From NCBI GenBank assembly GCA_005889475.1, contig VBGT01000027.1, positions 1,354 through 65,353 of the forward strand: a stretch of DNA of 64,000 bases. Reading direction: 5' to 3'. The translations under genes and the position numbers were made by a program. Shown here piece after piece: positions 56,367 to 64,000 of the stretch. Below the pieces are notes generated by a model. It did not search any database. It saw only the letters and a program-made list of their open reading frames with translations, and was not told where the DNA came from. Origin of the DNA: Chloroflexota bacterium. GTDB lineage: Bacteria; Chloroflexota; Limnocylindria; Limnocylindrales; CSP1-4. How positions within the stretch are numbered: the stretch's first letter is position 1; every line of letters starts with the position of its first letter.

Positions 56367-57368
56367 ATGAGCGGCGCGGTCGTCGCGTTCGTCGAGCACG
56401 CCGGCGGGGAGGCGGATCGGCTCTCGCTGGAGGCGTTGGCCCTCGCCCGTGGGCTCGCGAAGCTGCTCGGCAAGCCGCTCGACGCGGTCGTTCTCGGATC
56501 GCAAGGCGAGGCCGTCGCAAGGCGGCTCGGGAGCCACGGTGTCGGACTCGCGCATACGGCAAGCGACGCACGGCTCGACGACTTCGCGCCAGCCGCCTGG
56601 GCCGCATCGATCCGCGACGTCATCGAGCGGCGGTCACCGGCCGCGATCGTCGCCGCCGGAAGCGAGCGTGGCAACGAGGTGCTCGCCCACGTGGGTGCCT
56701 GCTCGGGCTGGCCGATGGCCGCCAACGTGGTCGAGGTTACGCCGGGCGACTCGTGGAAGCTGACGCGCCAGCGCTGGGCCGGCTCGCTCCTCGAGGACGC
56801 CGCCCTTGACGCGCCGGTCCGGCTGCTCACCGTCGCGCCACACGCTGTCGCGGTCGATCCGCTGAACACCTCGGCGCCGGCGCCGACAATCACCCGCTTC
56901 GAGCCCGAGCTCGAGCCGGCCGACCTCGTCGCGCGCGTCGTCGGTCGCGAGGCGAAGACCAGTGCCGGCGTCTCCCTGACCGACGCCAAGGTTGTGATCG
57001 GCGGGGGTCGAGGCGTCGGCTCCGCGGCCGGATTCGCGCAGCTGGAGCAGCTCGCCTCGCTCATGAACGGGGCTGTCGGCGGCTCGCGCGTCGTGACCAG
57101 CCTGGGCTGGCGCCCGCACTCGGACCAGATCGGGCAGACGGGTCTCCGAATCGCACCTGACCTGTATGTCGCCTGCGGCATCAGTGGCGCGATCCAGCAC
57201 ATCGTCGGGTGCAAGGCCGCGAAGCGGATCCTCGCGATCAACACCGACCCGGACTCGCCGATCATGGCCGTGGCTGACTACGCGGTCATCGGCGACCTGA
57301 ACTCGATCGTGCCCGCGATCACCGCGGAGATCGAGCGGCGACGCGAGGCCGGCCGGCCGTCGACATGA
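56367..57368 (+). CDS. etfA: electron transfer flavoprotein subunit alpha
   Basis: ATG 56367 behind GGGGGAG. FAD motif PDLYVACGISGAIQHIVG. Confidence 0.9.
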   Translation: MSGAVVAFVEHAGGEADRLSLEALALARGLAKLLGKPLDAVVLGSQGEAVARRLGSHGVGLAHTASDARLDDFAPAAWAASIRDVIERRSPAAIVAAGSERGNEVLAHVGACSGWPMAANVVEVTPGDSWKLTRQRWAGSLLEDAALDAPVRLLTVAPHAVAVDPLNTSAPAPTITRFEPELEPADLVARVVGREAKTSAGVSLTDAKVVIGGGRGVGSAAGFAQLEQLASLMNGAVGGSRVVTSLGWRPHSDQIGQTGLRIAPDLYVACGISGAIQHIVGCKAAKRILAINTDPDSPIMAVADYAVIGDLNSIVPAITAEIERRREAGRPST

Positions 57369-57763
57369 CCGGTCAGGCCGGGGCGCTAGCACATCACATC
57401 GAGGTGAAGCAGATGGAACTCCACCCGGGGGTGTACCGGTCGAACCTGGACACGGACGAATGGCAGTCCGACCCGGACGTCGGCGGTGAGCTCCAGGTGT
57501 TCATCGACGAACCGGACTCGCAAGTCGGGATGAGCCGCTACCTCACCGACCCCGGGCCGATCTCGTGGGCGCCGTCCGTGCGCGAGACGCTCCTCGTGCT
57601 GGAGGGATCGGTTCGAATCGATATCGACGGTGGCCCCTCGCTGGAGCTCACCGTCGGTGACGTCGCCTCGTTGCCCGCGGGGACGCGGACCACATGGCAC
57701 GTGACCACACCGTTCCGGGAGCTGTGGTTTGCCCCGCGACTCCTCGAGCCGGCGTCGTCCTAG
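57365..57763 (+). CDS. cupin domain protein (DUF861/EutQ-like)
   Basis: ATGA overlap with etfA. Beta-rich, with LVLEGSVRIDIDGG...GDVASLPAG. Confidence 0.65.
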   Translation: MTGQAGALAHHIEVKQMELHPGVYRSNLDTDEWQSDPDVGGELQVFIDEPDSQVGMSRYLTDPGPISWAPSVRETLLVLEGSVRIDIDGGPSLELTVGDVASLPAGTRTTWHVTTPFRELWFAPRLLEPASS

Positions 57764-57788
57764 CGGTGCATCACAACCGGGGCCCGGC

Positions 57789-59009
57789 TCATGTCGCCCC
57801 AGCGCGGCGAAGGCGGCCGGGGCTGAGTGCGAGGGCGAGCGGCAGCATCGCGAACGCGATGACGACGAGACTCCACATGACCGCACCGAAGTTCCCGGTC
57901 GCGTCCCGGATCAGGCCGAGGGCCACCGGCGCGATGGCGGCAAGCAGGTAGCCGATGAGGAGCATGAGCGCGGAGATGGACGCGGCGTCCGCGCTGTCGC
58001 TCGCGACGTCGACGGGCAGGGTCAGCGCCAGCGGGAAGTAGGCACCGATCCCCAGCCCGAGGAGCGCCGTGGAGCCGATCGTGAGGATCGAGCCGGGCTG
58101 CTCGCCCGGCGTCAGCGCGATGCCCAGGATGCCGGCGATGGACAACAGCGAGGCGAGGGCGAGCTGACTCCGCCGCGACCCGAACCGATCGGCGAGGAGC
58201 GGCACGGCGAGGGTCGCGATCAACCCGATGCCGGTCAGCAGCGCGATCAACCCGCCGGCCGCCGCGAGGCGCCAGCCGCGCTCCTCGTAGATGCTTGCGA
58301 GCCAGGTGATGCAGCCGTAGAACAGGATCGACTGCGAGCCGAAGATCGCGCCGAGGAGCCAGGCCGACGAGCGCCGCCAGGGCAGCTTCGGGATGGCCAG
58401 CGGCACGCGCTGGTGGCCCTCGTCGCGGGGCATCAGCCGGAGCCATGCGGCGAGCGAGACGAACGCCGCCGCCGAGACGATCACGAACGACGCCCGCCAG
58501 CCACCGAACGCGTCTGCCAGCGGCACCGCGACTGCTGCGGTGATCGAGCCGCCGATGACGAACCCGACAACGTACGCGCCGGTGCCGGCAGCAGGGTTGT
58601 TCGGCAATCGAGCTCGGACGATCATCGGCAGGATCGGCCCGACGAGGGCCATGCCGACGCCGAGCCCGACCGTCGCCGCGAGCACCGTGGTGCTGTCTGG
58701 GAGCAGCCCGCGCAGGATGCCGAAGGTTCCGACCATCGCGACGCACGCTGCGGTGCCGAGCCTCGGCCCGATGAGCCCGGCGAGCACCGGGCCGAACGGC
58801 GCGAGCAGGCTCATGCACAGCACAGGGATGGTGCTGAGCAGGCCGGCGACCGCATGCGACATGCCGAGGTCGTCCTGAACCAGGCCGACGAGCGGGCCGA
58901 TGATCAGCGCCTGGGGGCGAAGCGCCGTCCCGACGAGCACGAGCGCGGCGACCACGGCGAACCAGCGGCTGTCGGTGGTCCCCCGGGATTCGGTAGCCGG
59001 CTCGGTCAT
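57789..59009 (-). CDS. MFS transporter (CynX/NimT-like)
   Basis: 12 TM helices. Start overlaps the IclR stop (ATGA). Confidence 0.85.
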   Translation of the reverse strand: MTEPATESRGTTDSRWFAVVAALVLVGTALRPQALIIGPLVGLVQDDLGMSHAVAGLLSTIPVLCMSLLAPFGPVLAGLIGPRLGTAACVAMVGTFGILRGLLPDSTTVLAATVGLGVGMALVGPILPMIVRARLPNNPAAGTGAYVVGFVIGGSITAAVAVPLADAFGGWRASFVIVSAAAFVSLAAWLRLMPRDEGHQRVPLAIPKLPWRRSSAWLLGAIFGSQSILFYGCITWLASIYEERGWRLAAAGGLIALLTGIGLIATLAVPLLADRFGSRRSQLALASLLSIAGILGIALTPGEQPGSILTIGSTALLGLGIGAYFPLALTLPVDVASDSADAASISALMLLIGYLLAAIAPVALGLIRDATGNFGAVMWSLVVIAFAMLPLALALSPGRLRRAGAT

Positions 59010-59770
59010 CCGCCGGCCCGAAGCCGGGTGCCGATCCGCGCTGCCGCAGCGCGCACCGCGCGAGCGATCGACTCCTCGGCTCCCTCGGCCGGGAAGCGGT
59101 ATGACGGGCCGTGGACGTGGACGGCGGCGACGACCTCGCCCCGGCTGTCCGCGACCGGCGCCGCGACGGAGCTGATCCCGAGCGCGTACTCCTCGCGTAC
59201 CCAGGCGAGGCCCTCGCGCCGCACCTCGCGCAGTCGCTCGAGGAGGGCCGGCGCATCGGTGAGCGTCCGCGGCGTGAACCGCTCGAGCGGCTCAGCGAGG
59301 TACCGGGCGAGCGTCGGGGCGGGGAGCTGGGCGAGGAACACCTGGCCCGACGACACCGCGTGGAGCGGGATGCGCGTTCCGGTCCAGTCACGAACCTGGA
59401 CCGGGTTCGGCGACTCGATCTGGTCGACGTAATGGGCCGTCCAGCCATCGCGAACCGACAGCCCCGCCGCCTCGCCGAGCTCCCTGGCGAGATCGACCAG
59501 CGTCGGGCGGCCCGTGGCGACAAGCCCTCGCGCGTCGCCCAGCCCTGAAGCGAGCGCGACGAGGTGCGGCCCGAGCCGGTAGCGGGTCTCGCCCGGCACC
59601 TGCTCGACGGCGCCCTCTGCCGCGAGCGCGCTGAGGATCCGCGCGGCCGTGGATTTCGGGATGTGGGACCGGCCGGCCACGTCGGTGACGCCGAGCGGTC
59701 CATCGGCGAGCGCGCCGAGCACGGAAAAGGCCCGCCGGATGCTCTGGACGCCGATGGTCGGGCTGGACAT
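59006..59770 (-). CDS. IclR family transcriptional regulator
   Basis: VQSIRRAFSVLGALADGPLGVTDVAGRSHIPKSTAARIL HTH plus an IclR effector domain. ATG 59770 behind GAGGG. The 606-aa ORF-track version extends antisense into the corrinoid gene and was trimmed. Confidence 0.85.
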   Translation of the reverse strand: MSSPTIGVQSIRRAFSVLGALADGPLGVTDVAGRSHIPKSTAARILSALAAEGAVEQVPGETRYRLGPHLVALASGLGDARGLVATGRPTLVDLARELGEAAGLSVRDGWTAHYVDQIESPNPVQVRDWTGTRIPLHAVSSGQVFLAQLPAPTLARYLAEPLERFTPRTLTDAPALLERLREVRREGLAWVREEYALGISSVAAPVADSRGEVVAAVHVHGPSYRFPAEGAEESIARAVRAAAARIGTRLRAGG

Positions 59771-59823
59771 GGGAACCCTCGCTGGGCTAGTGTGGCGGCT
59801 CGGGCGTTCCATCATACGGCATC

Positions 59824-59840
59824 GTTCCACGATGCGGAAC
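59824..59840. promoter_or_regulatory. operator-like dyad GTTCCAC-GAT-GCGGAAC in the iclR/corrinoid divergent region
   Basis: Read directly. One mismatch from the perfect copy at 60621..60639. An extra half-site GTTCCAT is at 59806..59812. A TATGAT -10 for iclR is on the minus strand at 59816..59811. Confidence 0.55.
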
Positions 59841-59875
59841 CCCCCAAGCGCGACGAGACGGCGGAGGCATGGCGA

Positions 59876-60616
<741 letters not shown>

Positions 60617-60620
60617 GGTG

Positions 60621-60639
60621 CGTTCCACGATGTGGAACG
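60621..60639. promoter_or_regulatory. perfect 19-bp palindrome CGTTCCAC-GAT-GTGGAACG centred on the DUF1638 start codon
   Basis: Read directly. It sits in the 13-nt gap after the corrinoid gene stop. Confidence 0.6.
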
Positions 60640-61436
60640 ACGAGGTAACGATCGGATCGGGCGGCGGCCCGAATCGACCGCCGCTCGTGATCGGCTGTGG
60701 GGCGCTCGCGCGCGAGCTCGTCGAGCTCACGCGGCGCGCGGGCCTGCCGGCCATGGACCTCACCTGCCTCCCGGCCTCCCTGCACAACCGGCCGGAACGG
60801 ATTCCGGGCGCCGTGCAGGCGCGCATCCGCCGCGCCCGCGCGGAGGGGTACGACCGGATCTTCGTCGCCTATGCCGACTGCGGCACCGGCGGGCTGCTCG
60901 ACCGCGTGCTGGACGCGGAGGGCATCGCGCGCCTCGAGGGCGCCCACTGCTACGAGGTCTATGCCGGCCGGGCCGCCTTCGCCTCGCTCTCCGACGCGGA
61001 GCCGGGCACGTTCTACCTGACCGACTACCTCGTCCGGAACTTCGAGCGGCTCGTCGTCCGCGGCCTCGGCCTCGATCGCCACCCCGAGCTGCTGTCGATC
61101 TATTTCGGCAACTACACGCGCCTCGTGTACCTCGCCCAGTCCGACGAAGCAGCCCTCACCGACGGGGCCGTCGCGGCGGCGAAGTTCCTCGGCCTGGCAT
61201 TCGAGCGACGGCTCGTCGGCCTTGGCGAGCTCGCTCCATCCATCGCTACGTTCGCCCAGGTCGGCGGATCGCGCGTTATCGCCCAGGCCGATGAACGACC
61301 CAGAAACGAGGTGGCAAGCGAGAGAGGCATCGCCACGGGCGCTGAAGCTTCCGCTTCCATCGCCCCAATCGATCGAAACGCCGCTCCGCTCGCGGAAGGT
61401 CGTTCCTTCATCGCTGCCAGCGATCGAGCTGCGTGA
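60630..61436 (+). CDS. DUF1638 domain protein
   Basis: LVIGCGALARE...LPASLHNRPERIP...YADCGTGG...GAHCYEVY pattern typical of DUF1638. Confidence 0.75.
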   Translation: MWNDEVTIGSGGGPNRPPLVIGCGALARELVELTRRAGLPAMDLTCLPASLHNRPERIPGAVQARIRRARAEGYDRIFVAYADCGTGGLLDRVLDAEGIARLEGAHCYEVYAGRAAFASLSDAEPGTFYLTDYLVRNFERLVVRGLGLDRHPELLSIYFGNYTRLVYLAQSDEAALTDGAVAAAKFLGLAFERRLVGLGELAPSIATFAQVGGSRVIAQADERPRNEVASERGIATGAEASASIAPIDRNAAPLAEGRSFIAASDRAA

Positions 61437-61739
61437 ATGGCGTCGCTCATCACGATCTGGTGGCGCGACATCCCGATGCAGGTCATCGCCCGTGATCGGC
61501 GTCAGGCCCACAAGGTCGTCCTCCATCCACGGTTCCAGGTCGCCGTCGACAAGGCGGCCATGAAGGCCGGCAAGAAGTCGGCCAGCGACTACATCGAGGA
61601 GATGCGCCGCGACGCTCGCGACTGCGGGGACGACCTCGAGACGGAGGCCAACACCGAGGCGGCCCGCCTCGAGGCGGCGTACACGAAGGGCGTCCTCGCC
61701 TCGCTCATTGCCGCCGGTGGCGTGGGGGCGAGGTTGTGA
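61437..61739 (+). CDS. small 'virulence factor'-domain-type protein commonly linked to corrinoid methyltransferase loci
   Basis: IWWRDIPMQVIARD...RFQVAVDKAAM pattern. ATG immediately follows the previous stop. Confidence 0.5.
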   Translation: MASLITIWWRDIPMQVIARDRRQAHKVVLHPRFQVAVDKAAMKAGKKSASDYIEEMRRDARDCGDDLETEANTEAARLEAAYTKGVLASLIAAGGVGARL

Positions 61740-62797
61740 CCACTCGCCACGCGACGCACACCGTCGTCAGCTCGGCGCGGCGCGAGGTCGTCATCGGCTT
61801 CGACCGGCCGTTCACGATCATCGGCGAGCGCATCAACCCCACGGGTCGAAAGCTCCTCGCCGAGGAGATGAAGGCCGGCGACTTCAGCCGGGTCGAGCGC
61901 GACGCGATCGCCCAGGTCGAGGCCGGCGCGCACATGCTCGACGTGAACGCGGGCATCCCCCTCGCCGACGAGCCGGCGATTCTGGCCCGGACGATCCAGC
62001 TCGTTCAGTCGCTCGTGGATCTGCCTTTGTCGATCGACAGCTCGATCGTCGAGGCGCTGGAGGCCGGCCTCGCCGTGTACGAGGGCAAGCCGCTCGTGAA
62101 CTCCGTCACCGGCGAAGAGGAGCGTCTCGAACGGGTGCTGCCCCTGATCAAGCGCTATGGCGCGGCGGTCGTCGCGATCTCGAACGACGACACCGGCATC
62201 TCCGAGGACCCCGACGTCCGCTTCGAAGTGGCCCGCAGGATCGTCGAGCGGGCGGCCGACCACGGCATCCCCCGCGAGGATGTGATCGTCGACCCGCTGG
62301 TCATGCCGATCGGGGCGATGCAGACGGCGGGGCAGCAGGTGTTCCGGCTCGTGCGCCGGCTGCGCGAGGAGCTCGGCGTCAACACGACCTGCGGCGCATC
62401 GAACGTGAGCTTCGGCATGCCCGACCGCGAACGGATCAACGCCGCGTTCCTGCCGATGGCCATCGCGAGCGGTCTGACGTCGGCCATCACGAACCCGCTG
62501 GCGGCCGAGGTCAAGGCCGCGATCATGGCCGCCGACGTGCTCATGGGCAACGACCGGGACTCGGCCCGCTGGATCCGTGCGCATCGGGACGCCGCCTTGC
62601 CGGCCGTCGCGGCTCGCGCCGGGACGCCGCCGGGAGCGCCCGGGCCGTTGAGTGTCATCGAGGGCGGCGGACCCGGTGCCGGGAGCCATCGCACGGCCGG
62701 AAGCCGTCCGCGGATCAACCGGCGAGCCCTCGCCGCCGCGGCTGCGATGCGCGACGCGGGCGGACGCGGCGTCGGGAGCAGCGGCACGGGCGCATGA
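61736..62797 (+). CDS. methyltetrahydrofolate:corrinoid methyltransferase (pterin-binding, MtgA/MtrH-like)
   Basis: IIGERINPTGRK, MLDVNAG, LSIDSS, PLVNSV, GASNVSFG motifs. GTG overlaps the previous stop. Confidence 0.85.
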   Translation: MTTRHATHTVVSSARREVVIGFDRPFTIIGERINPTGRKLLAEEMKAGDFSRVERDAIAQVEAGAHMLDVNAGIPLADEPAILARTIQLVQSLVDLPLSIDSSIVEALEAGLAVYEGKPLVNSVTGEEERLERVLPLIKRYGAAVVAISNDDTGISEDPDVRFEVARRIVERAADHGIPREDVIVDPLVMPIGAMQTAGQQVFRLVRRLREELGVNTTCGASNVSFGMPDRERINAAFLPMAIASGLTSAITNPLAAEVKAAIMAADVLMGNDRDSARWIRAHRDAALPAVAARAGTPPGAPGPLSVIEGGGPGAGSHRTAGSRPRINRRALAAAAAMRDAGGRGVGSSGTGA

Positions 62798-64000
62798 CCG
62801 GCCCAGCCCAGGTCATCTTCACGCCCTCGGGGCGCCGCGGCCGGTTCGAGCCCGGGACGACCGTCCTCGATGCCGCGCGGTCACTCGGCGTCGACCTCGA
62901 CTCGGTGTGCGGTGGGCGCGGGCTGTGCGGTCGCTGCCAGGTCGTGCCGGCGGAGGGGACGTTCCCCAAGCACGGCATCGAATCCTCGGACGGGCACCTC
63001 TCGCCGCGCGGCGCCGACGAAGACGAGTACGACCGGCTCCGCGGGCTGGCGGCGGGACGGCGACTCGGGTGTCGTGCCCAGGTCCACGGCGACGTGCTCG
63101 TCGACGTGCCGCCCGAGAGCCAGGTCCATCGGCAGGTCGTGCGCAAGGGCGTGCCGGTCCGCGACTTCGTCATCGATCCCGTAGTCCGCCTGCATGAGAT
63201 CGAGGTCGAACGGCCCGAGCTGGCCCGGCCCGGCGGTGACCTCGCCCGCGTGCTCGTCGCGCTGGAGCGGGAGTGGGGCCTGACCGGCCTCGAGGCCGAT
63301 CTCGAGGTGATCCGCGACCTCCAGCCGGCGCTCGACGCGGGCAACTACCGGGTCACAGTGGCGGTCCACGACCGGCACGTGATCAGCGGGGTCTGGCCCG
63401 GGCTCCACGATCGCGCCCTGGGGATCGCCCTCGACATCGGCTCGACGACGATCGCCGGGCACCTCGCGGATCTCGCCGACGGCGAGGTCCTCGCCTCGGA
63501 CGGCGTGATGAACCCCCAGATCCGATTCGGCGAGGACCTCATGAGCCGTGTCTCGTACGCGATGCTCCACGAGGGCGGGGCGGCGGAGATGACGCGGGTG
63601 GTGCGCGAGGCCGTCGCGAGCCTGGTTCGCGGTCTGGCGGCGAGAGCCGGCGTCGAGGTCGAGGACGTCCTCGAATTCACGATCGTGGGCAATCCGATCA
63701 TGCATCACCTGCTCCTCGGCTTCGACCCGACGCCGCTCGGCTCCGCGCCGTTCGCGCTGGCCACGGATGCCGCGGTCCGGGTGCGGGCGCGGGAGCTCGA
63801 GCTGCCCGCGCACGAGGGCGCGCGCGTCTACGTCCTGCCGTGCATCGCCGGGCACGTGGGCGCGGACGCCGCCGGGGCGATCCTGGCCGAGACGCCGTAT
63901 CTCGCGGACGAGATCACGCTGCTCGTCGACGTCGGCACGAACGCCGAGATCGTCCTCGGCAGCCGGGACCGGCTGCTCGCAGCCTCGTCACCGACCGGAC
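62794..64000 (+). CDS. RACo/RamA-type corrinoid reductive activase (2Fe-2S ferredoxin + ASKHA ATPase), 5' part; runs off window end
   Basis: Own translation from ATG 62794: MTGPAQVIFTPSGRRGRFEPGTTVLDAARSLGVDLDSVCGGRGLCGRCQV...LDIGSTTIAGHL...VDVGTNAEIVLG. Open to 64000. Confidence 0.8.
   Translation, partial: MTGPAQVIFTPSGRRGRFEPGTTVLDAARSLGVDLDSVCGGRGLCGRCQVVPAEGTFPKHGIESSDGHLSPRGADEDEYDRLRGLAAGRRLGCRAQVHGDVLVDVPPESQVHRQVVRKGVPVRDFVIDPVVRLHEIEVERPELARPGGDLARVLVALEREWGLTGLEADLEVIRDLQPALDAGNYRVTVAVHDRHVISGVWPGLHDRALGIALDIGSTTIAGHLADLADGEVLASDGVMNPQIRFGEDLMSRVSYAMLHEGGAAEMTRVVREAVASLVRGLAARAGVEVEDVLEFTIVGNPIMHHLLLGFDPTPLGSAPFALATDAAVRVRARELELPAHEGARVYVLPCIAGHVGADAAGAILAETPYLADEITLLVDVGTNAEIVLGSRDRLLAASSPTG

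Noticed and set aside
49441-59703. Long antisense or alternative-frame ORFs: 49441..51321(-), 54037..55893(-), 55361..57265(-), 57729..59432(+), 57760..59703(-)
   Set aside because: All overlap strongly supported genes (APC permease, DMGDH-like, EtfBA, MFS, IclR). All translate to Arg/Pro/Gly-rich low-complexity sequence.
59771-59875. Cobalamin riboswitch upstream of the corrinoid module (also checked 35387..35434 and 35819..35858 near the PduO-type gene)
   Set aside because: I found no B12-box-like element, and the regions are too short (about 105 nt, or 48 nt or less) for that riboswitch. This was not tested with a covariance model.

Overview
Very GC-rich, densely coding bacterial chromosomal segment. 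I can support 66 protein-coding genes, one tRNA-Asp(GTC), a few hairpins and palindromic sites, and one candidate small RNA. I saw no rRNA, CRISPR array, transposase, integrase or phage genes. All family calls come from reading motifs in the supplied translations and my own translations; no database search was run. Gene content points to an Actinomycetota-like genome, with related Terrabacteria such as Chloroflexota not excluded. The supporting genes are a Ddn/F420-type reductase, an MMPL transporter, DinB, a septum-formation protein and CoA-transferase III. TANNNT -10 boxes also sit 6-8 nt before several start codons, which indicates leaderless mRNAs. Functional blocks: (1) 1-2.8 kb: ABC-2 exporter pair. 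(2) 2.8-3.4 kb: a 600-bp gene-free gap holding the sRNA candidate and an exact 15-nt hairpin repeat. (3) 3.4-8.5 kb, minus strand: operon of threonine aldolase, DUF885, HisA-like protein and two cyclophilins. (4) 10.7-16.2 kb, minus strand: six-gene operon of ABC-2 ATPase, permease, AraC, VOC, DUF1801 and a short UvrA paralogue (DrrABC-like genotoxin resistance). (5) MMPL plus CrtC/AttH-like lipoprotein. (6) Lysine 2,3-aminomutase flanked by small unknown ORFs. (7) MarR and S41-like lipoprotein operon, divergent from pabB-pabC. (8) OmpR/HAMP two-component system with a Trp/Gly-rich membrane protein. (9) DUF59, PduO-type adenosyltransferase and BI-1. (10) A 1391-aa HTH-GAFx4-GGDEFx2-EAL protein. 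(11) PotABCD-like importer. (12) 47.7-64 kb: nucleotidyltransferase-like protein, metallophosphoesterase and APC permease, followed by aldehyde dehydrogenase, DMGDH-like protein, EtfBA and cupin. This block ends with IclR-MFS divergent from a corrinoid-dependent methyltransferase module (corrinoid protein, DUF1638, small 'virulence-factor'-type protein, methyl-THF:corrinoid methyltransferase, RACo-type activator, truncated by the window end). Best candidates for something new are that hybrid corrinoid/ETF methylamine-demethylation locus with its twin palindromic operators, the sRNA candidate, the stacked genotoxin-resistance operon whose UvrA paralogue lacks a canonical start, and the HTH-fused c-di-GMP enzyme. 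None is a clear-cut unprecedented system, and most of the window is ordinary housekeeping or accessory metabolism.
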